Source: Utricularia gibba | Taxonomy: Eukaryota > Plantae > Magnoliophyta | Length of the DNA stretch: 64,000 nt | Direction: 5' to 3' | Assembly: GCA_002189035.1 (NCBI GenBank) | Contig: NEEC01000004.1 | Location: forward strand, 4,030,001-4,094,000 | Part shown: positions 12,901-26,060 of the stretch, piece after piece | How positions within the stretch are numbered: the first letter of the stretch is position 1 | Layout: every line of letters begins with the position of its first letter | Notes under the pieces: model-generated | What the model saw: only the letters and a program-made list of their open reading frames with translations | Database searches by the model: none | Told to the model about the DNA's origin: nothing | Program-made: the position numbers and the translations under genes

Positions 12901-15628
12901 GTTGAGTGACTTTTCAACATCAATTTTTGTTTCTCTTATTTGGTTACCTGCTGAAAGCTCTTTCCATATTTTTGGTTAGGTACCCTGGAGATTTCGAGAT
13001 ACTGCACGGTGATGTCATGGGCCTTTCGGATACAGCAAATTTCTTGAAATGCTTATCCGAACTTGATAATGCCATTCACTCCCCTGAGAAACGCCAGATG
13101 AGAGAGCATAAAGCTGCAGCAAAGCTCTTCAATTGGGAGGTATTCTTTTAGTTAGCAGAAAATCAAGTTACAGATGCATGGATAACCATATTTCTTATAG
13201 GAGGACGTTTACATCGCAAGAGCACCAGGGAGGCTCGATGTGGTTGGTGGAATCGCAGACTACTCCGGAAGCCTTGTCCTGCAGGTACTTAATCCATCTC
13301 CACCCACTAACAGAAAATACCAATATAACTGCTGCCATTGCTGCATCTTTGCTTGACGATTTTTCTTCGAATTCGCTGCCTTCAAATACTTACAGTTGCC
13401 CATACGAGAAGCTTGCCACGTTGCATTGCAAAAAACTGATCCAACAAAACATAGACTATGGAAGCATGCACAGGCTCGTCAAGATGCCAAGGGACTTGGT
13501 CCATCTCCTGTTCTACAAATAGTATGTAATAATGCTTCAATGAGCATAGCTTGCTCTCTGTTCCAGTAACTTCGCACGGTTTCACATACCAATATAATCC
13601 TCTTTGTTTTAGGTATCCTATGGATCTGAGTTGAGCAACCGTGGACCAACATTTGACATGGATCTTTCAGATTTCATGGATGGTGAACACCCTATGTCAT
13701 ATGAGAAAGCCAGAAACTATTTTTCCCGTGATCCATCTCAAAAGTAAATTAATCTTTCTCGTACTCATTTTCCACTCAATGGTCTGCTTCTGCTCTTAAC
13801 CGTACTTTTCTCCTAGATGGGCAGCGTATGTAGCTGGAACCATTCTTGTTCTAATGAAAGAACTTGGTGTCCGGTTCGACAACAGTATAAGCATGTTGGT
13901 GTGTGTCAGCATGATTACTCATTACTTTACAAAGCTTCACATCCACTTGAGATTGGAGTTTTCTTTTACTTGTAGGTTTCTTCTGCTGTACCCGAAGGCA
14001 AAGGCGTTTCTTCCTCTGCTGCTGTGGAGGTCGCTACCATGTCTGCTGTTGCTGCATCGCATGGTTCCACAGGCTCTCTTTTATGACTTTTCTAAACATG
14101 TGTATGCTGTGCATTCCACAATAAGTTCGTTGCCATCTTTTCCTGTCAGGATTGGAGATCAGCCCCAGAGAACTGGCTTTGCTCTGCCAAAAGGTTAATT
14201 CTGAGCGCCATTTTGGCTTGCCACTTCATGATATCTGACTGTTTTCTGATGTAAAGGTGGAGAATCATGTCGTTGGAGCTCCTTGCGGTGTCATGGATCA
14301 GATGGCTTCCGCTTGTGGTGAAGCTAATAAACTTCTTGCTATGGTTTGCCAGGTAAATAAGGTCTTCATTCTGAATCATCTGTAACATCATTCTAACAAA
14401 GTGAGACCACTGTGCAGCCTGCTGAAGTCTTGGGGCTCGTAGACATTCCGAGCCACATACGGTTTTGGGGAATTGACTCCGGCATCCGCCACAGGTGCCA
14501 AATAAGAGCTTACCACAGTAGCTTAAGAACTTCATAATCTAATATACTCCAATGAACTATCTGCAGTGTAGGTGGAGCTGATTATGGTTCTGTGAGGATA
14601 GGAGCTTTTATGGGTCGGAAAATCATCAAATCCGTTGCATCAGAGCATTTGTCCAATGGCATCACATCTGATGATCATGAGGCGGATGGTGTTCAACTCC
14701 TTGAGTTGGAGGCTTCTATCCAGTACTTGTGCAACTTGCCACCACACAGGTGACAATGGTAACAAAGGGTTCTTTATCCAGTCTGTAATTGTGTTAAACA
14801 ATCAATGCATCCCGCAGATACGAAGGTCTTTACAGTAACAAGGTTCCTGAGAGTGTAGTTGGAGACAGATTCTTGAAGAAATACGGAGACCATGATGATT
14901 CAGTCACTGTGATCGACAGCAAGAAGAGCTATGGAGTCAAAGCAGCAACAATGCATCCAATTTACGAAAATTTTCGAGCTAAGGTTTAGCCATACACCAC
15001 CATTTCTCAAATCTCTCCTCTGCTACTCCCGTTTTCACAGTTATGCTCCTTGCTATACGAGATTTCAGGCATTCAAGGCACTACTAACATCATCTAGTTC
15101 AGACGATCAGCTCACTGCCCTGGGTGAACTGTTGTATCAAGTAAGACAATTTTCATCTATCTATCCAACTCCAGTAAAGTAGCTGAATGCTTGATAGTAA
15201 TCGAATCTTGCCTGCAGTGCCATTACAGCTACAGCGCGTGTGGGCTCGGGTCCGACGGTACCGATCGGCTGGTTCAGCTAGTGCAGGAGGTGCAGCACAG
15301 CAAGAGCAAATCGGCCGAAGCAACATTGTACGGTGCTAAGATCACCGGCGGCGGATCCGGAGGAACTGTCTGTGTCGTTGGTAGGAATTGCCTCCGTAGC
15401 AGCGACCAAATTCTTCAGGTTAGACTCTCTGGTGATGGAAAATGAATCCATTGATAGGATTAGCATTTCAGAGATGGATTTTTGCTCGTGCAGATCCAGA
15501 AGAAGTACAACGACGCAACGGGGCATATGCCGCTGATCTTCGAAGGATCATCCCCCGGTGCCGTGACATTTGGGTATCTGAAGATACGCCGGTGCCGCCA
15601 GCCCGTGCTGCCGGAGCGAAACACATAA
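9912..15628 (+). CDS. ARA1: L-arabinokinase (glycosyltransferase-like N-domain + GHMP kinase), many short introns
   Basis: [20 protein letters not shown]; [37 protein letters not shown]; [19 protein letters not shown]; [13 protein letters not shown]; [17 protein letters not shown]; ends [29 protein letters not shown]. Confidence 0.95.
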
Positions 15629-15759
15629 AGATCATAGAAAAAGCAATAAACGTCTTCTTTTGTTAACCGCATCAAATTTATGGCGTCCCAGTTGCCACGT
15701 CTCCTTTGTCAGCTTCACAGCTGTGAAAACCGGTACTCTTGAACACCAAGCCGAAAGCC

Positions 15760-18675
15760 ATGGTTCAACTTCAAATCTCTGCATTTGTTTCTCGTCCCAT
15801 ATTTGCACCACTTATTTTTTCTTCAGCTCTCACAGTTGGAAAATCGAAATTTTTGCACTCGTCTTCTTGCGCTATGCATTCTTCTAACACGATCAGAGCT
15901 GGGCGAACAACTGTTCAAAACGTTCCTGATTATGGGTCGGCGGAAATGGAGCTTATAGCTGAACAAGCATTTGCTCGCTACATGTTTGACGGGTTGTCAC
16001 AGAGGAGAGGAAAGGGGGTTGCTATTGTTTGGTTTAGGAATGATTTGAGGATACTTGATAATGAGGTGTTGTTCAAAGCTTGGGCTTCATCTCAAATAGT
16101 ATTGCCTGTTTATTGTTTGGACCCGAGGCTTTTTGGCTCCACTCACTTTGGTTTTCCGAAAACTGGAGGTAACTAAAGCTTCGGTTTTCCTCGATGGAGC
16201 TGAACTGTGTACATACATACCTCAGAATATGAGAATGGGGTAGTGATACGGGAGTTATGAGTGTGTTTTCTGTTTCTTTTCCGGTTTCTTGTGCTTTCTG
16301 TTGTTTTTTGTTTGGCAAGTTCTTACTATTCTTCCTCTTTAGTATTTTCTTCATCTATAATAATTTGTCCTCTATCCTGTGGCAGCTATGAGGGCACAGT
16401 TTATTATTGACTCTCTGTCAAACTTGAAGCAAAATTTGATGAAGAGGGGTCTGAACCTTTTGATTCAACAAGGGAAACCTGAGAATATTCTTCCTTCTCT
16501 CGCACAAGCATATGGTGTTCACACGGTTAAAAATTGTATACCATTGTTACTTCATTGTCCTTTGAGAGAAGGTTTAAATTTATTGTCATGTGGCAGGTTT
16601 ATGCTCAAAAAGAAACCTGCAGTGAGGAGCTGAATGTTGAAAAACTGGTTTCCAAGAACCTACAGAAGGTTAAATTACAGTCAGGTGGGAGCTTATCAAC
16701 TCAGGATGTTTCGACAACTATCGGAACCAAATTGGAATTGATATGGGGGTCTACAATGTACCACATTGATGACCTTCCATTTAGTTATGCTGATATCCCT
16801 GATGTATACACTGTGTTCCGTAAGGTACTTTTCTGGTTTGTGGGGTTTGAGTTCAGAGACGTTACTCATTCAACAATAACATCATGTCAGCATGTAATCT
16901 GAATGATGATCACATTATGCAGGCAGTTGAGGCAAAATCTCGGATCCGTAATTGCATTAAGCTACCATCTTCGCTGGGCCCTACACCAGTGGTTGAAGAT
17001 TGGGGATGCGTTCCGGAGATTTCTTCCCTTGGGCTTACATCAAACACGGTTTGTTTTTTTCATATCAGAATGCAAGTGAAAGGCTGCACTTCAGCCGCTT
17101 CTGGGACTGTATTTTTCTGAACTTGTGATATATATCTTCAGATTAGCAAGGGTCTTTACTTTGTTGGCGGTGAGAGTGCAGCAATCAGTAGAGTTCATGA
17201 GTATTTCTGGAAAAAGGCAAGATGTCTTCAGCATTCTTTTCTTTTTGTTTGAGGATTGAAAACAAATTCTTGTTTCTGTTTACATAGGATCTCTTAAAGA
17301 CATATAAAGTGACTCGAAATGGAATGTTGGGACCTGATTATTCAACAAAATTTTCAGCTTGGCTTGCCACTGGTAGCCTTTCTCCTCGTTTCATTCATGA
17401 AGAGGTACGTTGTATTGACCATTTCTTCTGTGTGCACTCTTAACTACGAAGCTGATGATGCTAAGAATTCAACTTTTAAAGGTGAAAAGGTATGAGAAGC
17501 AGAGGGTGGCAAACGACTCTACATACTGGTATCTTTTCTCCCAGTAACCGCACATCCGTCCATTGTTTTAATGATGCAGAAATCATCCTCTCAATGAATA
17601 TAGGGTTTTGTTCGAACTTGTGTGGAGGGACTACTTTAGATTTCTGTCCATCAAGCAAGGAAACTCTCTTTTCCACTCTGGTAAAAAGAACATTACAATA
17701 ATACCTTTATTGCATGCTTAAGGTCTTTATTACCTGTCCTGATATGAGCACCCGCTGTTCTTAAGGTGGTCCTCGGAATTTAAAGACTAACTGGAACCAA
17801 GATCGAGGACTGTTCGATGCATGGAGGAATGGGGAGACAGGGTATATACTTATACTGTCCTTTGATCTCTCTCCCACTCTCTCTTTTCTGATAAAATAGG
17901 GAAACACAAATCAGAAGAATCCTACCATCAAATTTGTCTTCATGGAGTAATTGAACGGTGATCACTTCCCAGGTACCCTCTAATAGACGCAAATATGAAG
18001 GAACTATCGACTACAGGTTTCATGTCGAATCGTGGGCGACAGGTGAAGAGCTAAAGACCTCACTGTAACTACATACTTCTTCCTTTCTTCAGTCGAATGG
18101 TACCTAAAAAACCCCACCTTTCCTGTTAAGATTGTCTGCTCATTTCTTGTTCGTGACATGGGGATTGACTGGAGAATGGGAGCCGAATGGTTCGAGAGTT
18201 GCCTCATCGATTACGACCCCTGTTCCAACTACGGCAACTGGACCTATGGAGCAGGTAATCTTTATGAAGTTTCACATGAAATATAGCACTATCACTATCT
18301 AGCTCCCCAAGTGACTCTTCTACTGCTTCCATTTACCTCCAAAGCTTTTGCCAATGCTCTAGGTGTGGGGAATGATCCCAGGGAGGACAGATACTTCAGC
18401 ATTCCCAAACAGGTTCGAGTCAGCTGTTTTAATGTCTGCAACTTGTGGCTCCTCATCCTTTTGTGAACTGGTTTTAGGCTCAGAACTACGATCCCGATGG
18501 CGAGTTCGTAGCTTACTGGTTACCGCAGCTGAGACCTCTGCCAAAAGAGAAGCGCCATAGCCCTGGTCTGGTCTACTTGAAGCCCATCGTTCGCCTCAAG
18601 TTTGCCGGAAATGTGAAGCCAACGGGAAAAACCAACAGGGCCGGCAGCCAAGCCAGGGGGATCGGTCGCGTCTAG
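15760..18675 (+). CDS. CRY3: Cryptochrome DASH (CRY3), organelle-targeted
   Basis: Transit-peptide-like N-terminus, then [15 protein letters not shown]...[86 protein letters not shown]|[10 protein letters not shown]. Confidence 0.95.
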
Positions 18676-19886
18676 ACGATTTGTTTTTTAAAGAAAATAA
18701 CAATTGATTTTAAATAAATAAATCAAATTTTAAGAGGGAAAAAAGTTGATCCACATCCCTTCAGAACTGCACATCCAGATGCATATTTTTACCATGGAAT
18801 AATGTATTTTAGTTACGTGAAAATATACACCATTTAGGAAAATTAAAAAATATATTTGATATATAATTTTTTATAAAAATGAGTTTAAAAAAATATTTCG
18901 TTATAATCTATAATATGAAAAAAAATAATTAAAATTCATTTGATTAATAAAACATAGATTAGATAAAAAAATTTAAAAATATGATTAGAAGAGGTATATA
19001 AATGTTTTAGAAATAATGTATATATGAAAAAATATTTTATCAACATGTGATGTGTGTTATGTGTAAACAAATATGTTAATAAATACCTAAAAAATTTATC
19101 TCAATCAAGATTTACATTCACTATATATGATATTTTCCATTTTAAAAATACAATCCTCACTATTTTATGTTTTTTTAAATAAAATGTTTCATAAAAGATT
19201 AATAGTATTCTTTTATTTAAATACGTTATTTTATACATTCGTAATCAATATGATATATTGTTTATTAGGTCTATAGACTTACATTATCCCCTCCTCTCAG
19301 ATACTTGTTGTCCCACTATTGATATACACATGTATCTCATTTTGATATCAAATTTCAAAACTTACGTTTTTCTTATACTATATTATTTCTTTTAAGTACT
19401 AAACTTTCATGGTTGTAAGTTATTTATTTTTGAGTAAAAAATTTCGTACAAGATTAGAAATATCGCTCTATTTATATATATCATTTATTTCATTTGTAAA
19501 CAATGTGTTATATCATTTTCTAGGTTCTTAATTTTACATTATTTTCTAAACAATTTTAATCTTGTATGAATTTTTTTTCTAGAGTAGAATAATATAAAAT
19601 TGTAAAAATTAAATATTGCAAGGAACAACATCACATAAATAAAGTTGAGATTTTCAAGTGAAGAAGAGTGAACTTGGCGGAATGCTAGTAATTTATGAAT
19701 GTAATTTGTTATAATTGTTTTGTATTAAATTCAATCTTAATTTTTTTTTTCAATGGAAAAGAGATGCACACTCTCCACCTCACACTCTCAACTAACTACT
19801 AACGAACATGTACTGCATCTATATAAGCACAGCACACACAAATCCCATCATTACCTTCATCATCGTCACCTATTTGCCTCACCGGA

Positions 19887-20854
19887 ATGAGTCGACTCAC
19901 CGACGCCGCAGCCGTCGTCTTCGTCCTTCTTGTCTATTTCTTCTCCGTCTCCGCCTTCAACATCACCCGCATTTTAGAACAATACCCCGATTTCAAAGAA
20001 TTCAACCATATTTTGACACGAACACAACTCGCCACAGAGATCAACAGCCGGAGAACGATCACCGTCCTCGCGGTTGCTGACGGCAAGCTGGGAGGAATTC
20101 GAGGGAAAGGGGACGATGTTCTGAAGAGAATCCTGAGTAACCACGTCGTTCTTGATTACCACGATGTCTCGAAGCTTAGCAAACTTAAGAGTCAGAGAAC
20201 TGTCGTCACGATCCTGTATGGAGCTAGTGGCATTGAGTATAGCGGACAGGGATTCTTGAATGTCGTGCGTAGAATCGACGGCGCCGTCGTTTTCGGCTCC
20301 GCTGTGAAAGGGGCTCCGCTTAATTGTGTACTCGAGGGCTTCGTTGCTTCTCAGCCGTACAGAGTGTCAGTTCTCAACGTTTCTAACGTTATCGTTGCGC
20401 CGGGGATTGATGGAAGCAGTGATCCGGCATCCGCACCGCCACCGGTTTCTTGGATTTCAATGGATTCAGGGCCTTCACCTGGCGGCGGCAATGCCTTTCC
20501 CACGGATTCAGGCCCATCTCCAGGCGGTGGCAATGGCATTCCTGAGTCTTCGGTGCCTTCTCCAGGAGGCGGCAATGCCTTTCCTGCGGATTCAGGCCGA
20601 TCTCCAGGCGGCGGCAATGACATTCCTGAGTCTTCGGTGCCTTCTCCAGGAGGCGGCAATGCCTTTCCTGCGGATTCAGGCCCATCTCCAGGCGGCGGCA
20701 ATGACATTCCTGAGTCTTCAGGCCCATCTCCAGGTGGTGACAATGGCATTGCCGACGGGAAGGTGAAGCTCCTCCCAGTACCACGGCGGAACGACTACCT
20801 TCCGGCACCTCAGCGGCGGTGGTAGCCTCGTTGGCTCTTCTCGCCCGCATTTGA
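19887..20854 (+). CDS. Fasciclin-like arabinogalactan protein (single FAS1 domain), intronless; main ORF ends 20825, GPI-like tail in a shifted frame ends 20854
   Basis: Signal peptide MSRLTDAAAVVFVLLVYFFSVSA. FAS1 motifs INSRRTITVLAVADG, ILSNHVVLDYHD and QPYRVSVLNVSNVIVAPG. Pro/Gly/Ser repeats follow. Confidence 0.88.
20466..20759 (+). repeat. Coding tandem repeat: 7 x 42 bp (14 aa), alternating A/B units
   Basis: S(G/V)(P/R)SPGGGNAFP(T/A)D alternates with S(G/V)PSPGGGN(G/D)IPES; 294 bp in total. Confidence 0.95.
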
Positions 20855-21312
20855 AAAAGGCGTTTAGGGCCGCCTTAATAACTTATTCGATCCACGAGCC
20901 TTTTTCGTTCATACTTGATTCAAATGCCAACTCCTAAAGTTGTTGAAATTAAGGATGGTATGAATGTAGGCAATTCAGTATATTAAGCCCAATTACAAAA
21001 AATACATGGATTAGTTAAGTATAATCAATTATTAGTAATTAATAATTTTGTATATATTGAATTATATCAATTTTATTTTTTTATTTGTGATTATTTTACT
21101 TTAATTTCAAATCGAACTATTGATCCAATTAAGATTATTTTTAAAATTGTATGTATTATTCAAATCTATTGATTTAATTTTTATTGTCTAACTTAAATAC
21201 ATCTTTTTTATATTTTTTGATCAAAACTCAAATCATTATAAAATCCATATTAACTATCCAAATCGTATTTAAGATAAATAATTCAATAACAAATTGAAAT
21301 TAAAAATCTTAT

Positions 21313-21860
21313 TGTTGTGGTCGGAAATCGGCACTAAAGCAGAAACCGATTTTCAGGTTACGGACAAAGTCGAACAAGTTGGATCCGATTTAGATATTAG
21401 CGTTTTGGATGATGTAATGCAGTTGACATAAATATGAAAATAGACAGATTTTAACGTGGAAACCATCGGAGGACGGAAAAAGCACGAAGTTATTGGAGCT
21501 CGCCCGAAAATGATTTCATTAGATGAAGGTAGAGAAAAGATACAAATTAGAGTGCAAGGAGTTCAAACTTTTCTTCTTCATGTTTTCTCGTATTTATAGG
21601 AAAAGCTAATCTGAGCGAATTCTAAATCATGTAAATGCCGGCTGCTTTCTATACCTGCTAATCGTACAGTTGTCATGCTATCAGGTAACCACTAATTATT
21701 CTGATATCACTGTAATTCGATTACTTTTCAAATTGTTCAAAATGACTGTCCACTATCAAATTCTAACACTTATCGATCTGTCAGTTTATAACAATTTGTT
21801 AGTACACCTTTTAGCTACTTTTCAGTAACCGATTAGTCTTATCGATTTCAGATTCCATCA
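21313..21860 (-). mobile_element. Solo LTR (548 bp) with intact 5-bp target-site duplication
   Basis: Starts TGTTG and ends CATCA (TG...CA). CTTAT flanks both sides (21308-21312, 21861-21865). CCTATAAATA TATA-like motif on the minus strand (~21591-21600). Confidence 0.85.
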
Positions 21861-23239
21861 CTTATGTATTAAGATGAGAACACATATAAAATCTAAGTAA
21901 ATGAAAAAAAAATGAATCATTTAAAAAAAATAGATTTCATATATTATTAATGATTTATAATTCTGATCATTCAATAAAAGATTATTTTACTTTAATAAAA
22001 CTGACTAATCCAAGTATCAATATTAGTTTATTTAAAAGGGAGCAAACTTCATTTTTCAATTTAGTAATATTTAAATTAAATTGAATATAATCTCAAATTA
22101 AACCTATATTTATGAAATACTAGTGATACTCTCAAATACATGTACTTCTCTATTTAATATTTTTGATAAATAAAGAAATACATTAATATTATTTCCGTTA
22201 ATGTTTTATATTTCATTTTCAAATTTTAAAATTCAACCGTTTTTTAAATCATTTAAATAATAAATAAATTACTGCAAAAAAACATTTTTTTAAACAAGAA
22301 ATTGTTTTTTTGAAAGACATATTAAAAATAAATTTTAATATCTACCACCGAAATAAACACATGATACACGTGACTTTATATTGCCGATATTTTACAGTTT
22401 ACACACCCTAAACCTAAATCACAAATACCTTACAAAAATATGTACTAAATAGGATGGAAGTTTGCCGACAACATATATTTCTTCAAAGTTTCTCAGAATC
22501 ATCAGATCCTTTTGATGATGAAATAGCAGAAAAAAAAAACGCCTCATAACGAACATCTGTCAGTCTACGGAGATGGGGGAATCATCATCGTCAAGTATGA
22601 AGAGGGAACGGGGAGAAGAAGATATAACCCTCGTCCATCTGAGCCAATGGTGAATGAATTGTTGGGGTGTTGGATTCTGATGATAGGTAAGGATGAACAT
22701 GAGATAAAACAGCAGCAATCGGAAAGAAACTCACGAAAACCAGAGCATGAAAGCAGGAAGAATGAAAATTTAAAACATAATCTTGAGTTTATTATTTTGG
22801 ACAGTAGTACAACTAAATGGGCCGAGAGAGATGACCTAATACTTGATCCATATCAGTGAAGAATGTCAAGCCCAAAGTACGAATATCAAAGCTGTTTGAT
22901 ACAAGTTAAAGTAACCGCTGATTCCTAGTCTATAAGTAATAGTTGTTTGGTATTCTATCTATAAATACATGTAACTTCTCACAATATGTATGATCTTTTA
23001 GATACAATACTTGAGAATAAATACTTTCAAAAGCATACTACATATTTCTCTTCATGACCAAAACATTCAATTTTATTGAAAGTATACTAGAGAAATGTTT
23101 ATAATAGTACACTCGATGTGCATGGAAGCCAATCAACATAGTCAACCTTCAACATCCTGGTTTGAAACTCACAACATTATTCTTACAAATTTGTTGTATT
23201 GGTGTATTGTTCTTTGCAACTCTACAAGAAGAATTTCAA

Positions 23240-24030
23240 CATGTCAATAATAAATATATCTCTTTCAATATTCGATGGAAATGAATATGATATTTGGGAC
23301 CTAAAAATGAAAATATACCTCCAACTCCATGATCTCTAGAAAATTAAAGTTTCAAATCTTATTTTTGAAGGAATTCTGAGAAATTAACTATAGAAAAGAC
23401 TTATAAAGAAAAGAAAATTCAAATAGATGTTGTGCTAGCTTCTATAGTAGTAGGAGATGCTAGCCGATGCATTATCAAAAAATTTGCAAGAGAAGCATGG
23501 CTTACTCTACAAATAACCTTTGAAGAAATGAAGGAAGATAAAAAAAAGAAAAATTCAAAAATTGTGGAATGAAGTTTGTAAGTTCAAAATAAAAGATGGA
23601 GAAGTTGTTGTTAATATGGAACAACTTTTAAAGAACTAGGAAAAACTGAAGCAACTTAGAGAAGAAGCGGATGAGCTTGAAGAACGCTAACTTAATGCCG
23701 AATCATCCATAGAGCTCCAAACCAATTTGGTACTGTTATTGAGTCACTAGAAGCTATTGGATTTCCTGAAACCCTCAGCCTACAGCAACTACTTAATCAC
23801 TTCAAAAATGCTAACAGCCAAAGAAAGTTTTGCAATGAAGAAAACTTACTAGAGGCTGCTTTCAAAACTTCCTTCTCCTTAACTATTCCCAAAGATGAAA
23901 ATGTGACTCAACCATATGTTGCACCAAGCTTACGACCTGCAAAAAAGGAAAAAAGGGACCACATCTTCCTTGTCGTTATCATGTTTAGAAAAATCACCTA
24001 TCGATGAGTTGTTTTTGACACCATGAGGTG
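23240..24030 (+). mobile_element. Degenerate Ty1/Copia gag
   Basis: FDGNEYDIWDLKMKIYLQLHDL* resembles the Copia gag N-terminus. Many stops and frameshifts follow. Confidence 0.65.
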
Positions 24031-25149
24031 TACTGCATGAACTGCTCAACTAAAGGGGATGTGGAAAGGTTGTGTCCCTCCAAGAAGTCTCAAGCTACTG
24101 GGTATTTTGTTGCACGAATTGTTGAAAGCTCAAAAAATAAAACAAACAATGCATTTTCTTATGATTTGAATATGAAATTGAACCCTTTTGTTTATCCCAT
24201 GCACAGCAAGACAATACTAAGTGCACGTTTGATTGGATGGTTTAGGTGGATTGCAGCGTAGGTTTCAGGCGGGTAAAAATAAACTCACCTGCTGTCTATA
24301 AACCAAGCGGGAACCCACTCAGCTGGGTTTAGCTAAACCCATGGGAGGAGTTCGGTTTAGCTAAACAAGACTCATTGCTTCCAATTTTACCCTCGTGCCA
24401 TCCAACTTTGAACGCAGATCTACAAACTAGAAGCTTTGTTCATTAATTACCGACGGTGTTGCATGTAGTTTGGGTGCAAAGGGTGGGCCTTCCAGTAAAT
24501 GTGTTTTCTGTTCTTGGTGGGTTTGTCCACAGCAACACCGCATAGTGGGTTTTTATCTGTGATTTTCCAATTTCAAAATCAGTGTTGTTGTGTGTGTGGA
24601 TTTATTTTGCTCAATTTTTGCTACTATTAAGGGGACATGGATTTTTCCACGGCCTGGGCTACGCTACACACACCACAACACCGCATGCTGCCTAATGCAG
24701 TGCTTTGTTTTCCAAAAAGAAATGAGATAAAATACTGCAGTTATGCAGTTATGCAGCTACACCGTAACACCGTGCTTGTTTGTATGCAGTGCCTCCCCAT
24801 AGGACGTTGTAACACTGTCTACCCTACGCAGTGCTCATATCATTTATATGTAGTTATTGTTGGGGAAGATTATATTAGTAATTTCATATGAAAATTCATC
24901 ACAAATCCAATTTTATACCCACGTACCAAATGTGTATTCATCTTAAACCCATCAACCAAATACGAATTACACCCTCTAAATCCATAAAATTGGATTATCT
25001 AAACCCAAATAAACTAAATCTAGATTCAGGTCAAACCCAACAACTAAACGCGTCCTATCTCAGTGGGTTTGTAATAGATTTTACAAACCTTTTGATATAA
25101 GTCTGATTGGTTTATCAATTGCACTTGCAGCAACCATTTGACCTAAGTC

Positions 25150-26060
25150 AAAACTATGATTACTACATATGTGATAATATCTAGAAGAACATTTACCATG
25201 TCTGATGTAACACCAATCTCAGTGGAAGGGGATGGATCTATATGTCATGTTCGTCAAGTATGTGACAATTTATTAAGTGCTGGCCATCTATATGACAAGT
25301 ATGTTAGAGAGCGGGCATAATTTGAACCTAGGAAATCGTATGTGCATATTGAAAGGTCAAGCGCATAATATTATGCTGAAATTAACCATGGTAAATAATC
25401 TATTTTCAGTAAATTTTAAATCAACTAACCATGACTTCATCTTTGTGACACAAAAGACTCGAGCATCATCACTTTGAGACATTAAAAACAGCTTGAGCCC
25501 AAGAAGTTATTCAATCTATACCTCAAATAAAAGAATAAAATTATCTTTGTAACATTTGTTTCTTGGGGAAAATGAGTAGAAGCTCGTTCAAAAGAAGAGC
25601 AGAAATTTCAAACTTCAAATTAAAGTTAGTAGTCGATGATATATGTAGATCCAAGCATATGGCTATCCTAAGCAGAAACAAATTCTATGATATATTTATC
25701 GATGACTACTTAAGGTATACATGAATCTATTTTCTTAAACAAAAATCCAAAATCACTAGATAATTCAAGAGGTTCAAAACTATGACAGAATTACAAAATT
25801 GATGCAAAATACTTACAATACACTCAGACAATGATGGAAAATATAAGTCCACCAACCTTTATGATATCTGCAATGAAAATAGTATTGTAAATCAATTCAC
25901 AATGACATACACTCCTCGACAAAATGGTATTTGCGAAAAGAAGAATCAAATAATTATGAATATGGCTAGATGTCTCCTATTAGAGCACAACCTACTAATG
26001 CATTTTTTATAAGAAGTTGTTAAGACACCATTGTTCTTATTAAATAAACCGTCTGCCTCC
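25150..26060 (+). mobile_element. Degenerate Copia pol (integrase Zn-finger and core), interrupted by a hAT element
   Basis: CNICFLGKMSRSSF; FYDIFIDDY; TPRQNGICEKKNQIIMNMARCLL; ends in an NRLPS-like sequence at the hAT junction. Confidence 0.75.

Noticed and set aside
20326-20850. Alternative-frame and antisense ORFs over the FLA repeat
   Set aside because: They are a by-product of the GC-rich periodic repeat lacking stops.
24220-25110. Defined MITE/Harbinger elements inside the Copia
   Set aside because: The sequence is repeat-like, but I could not pair TIRs or TSDs.
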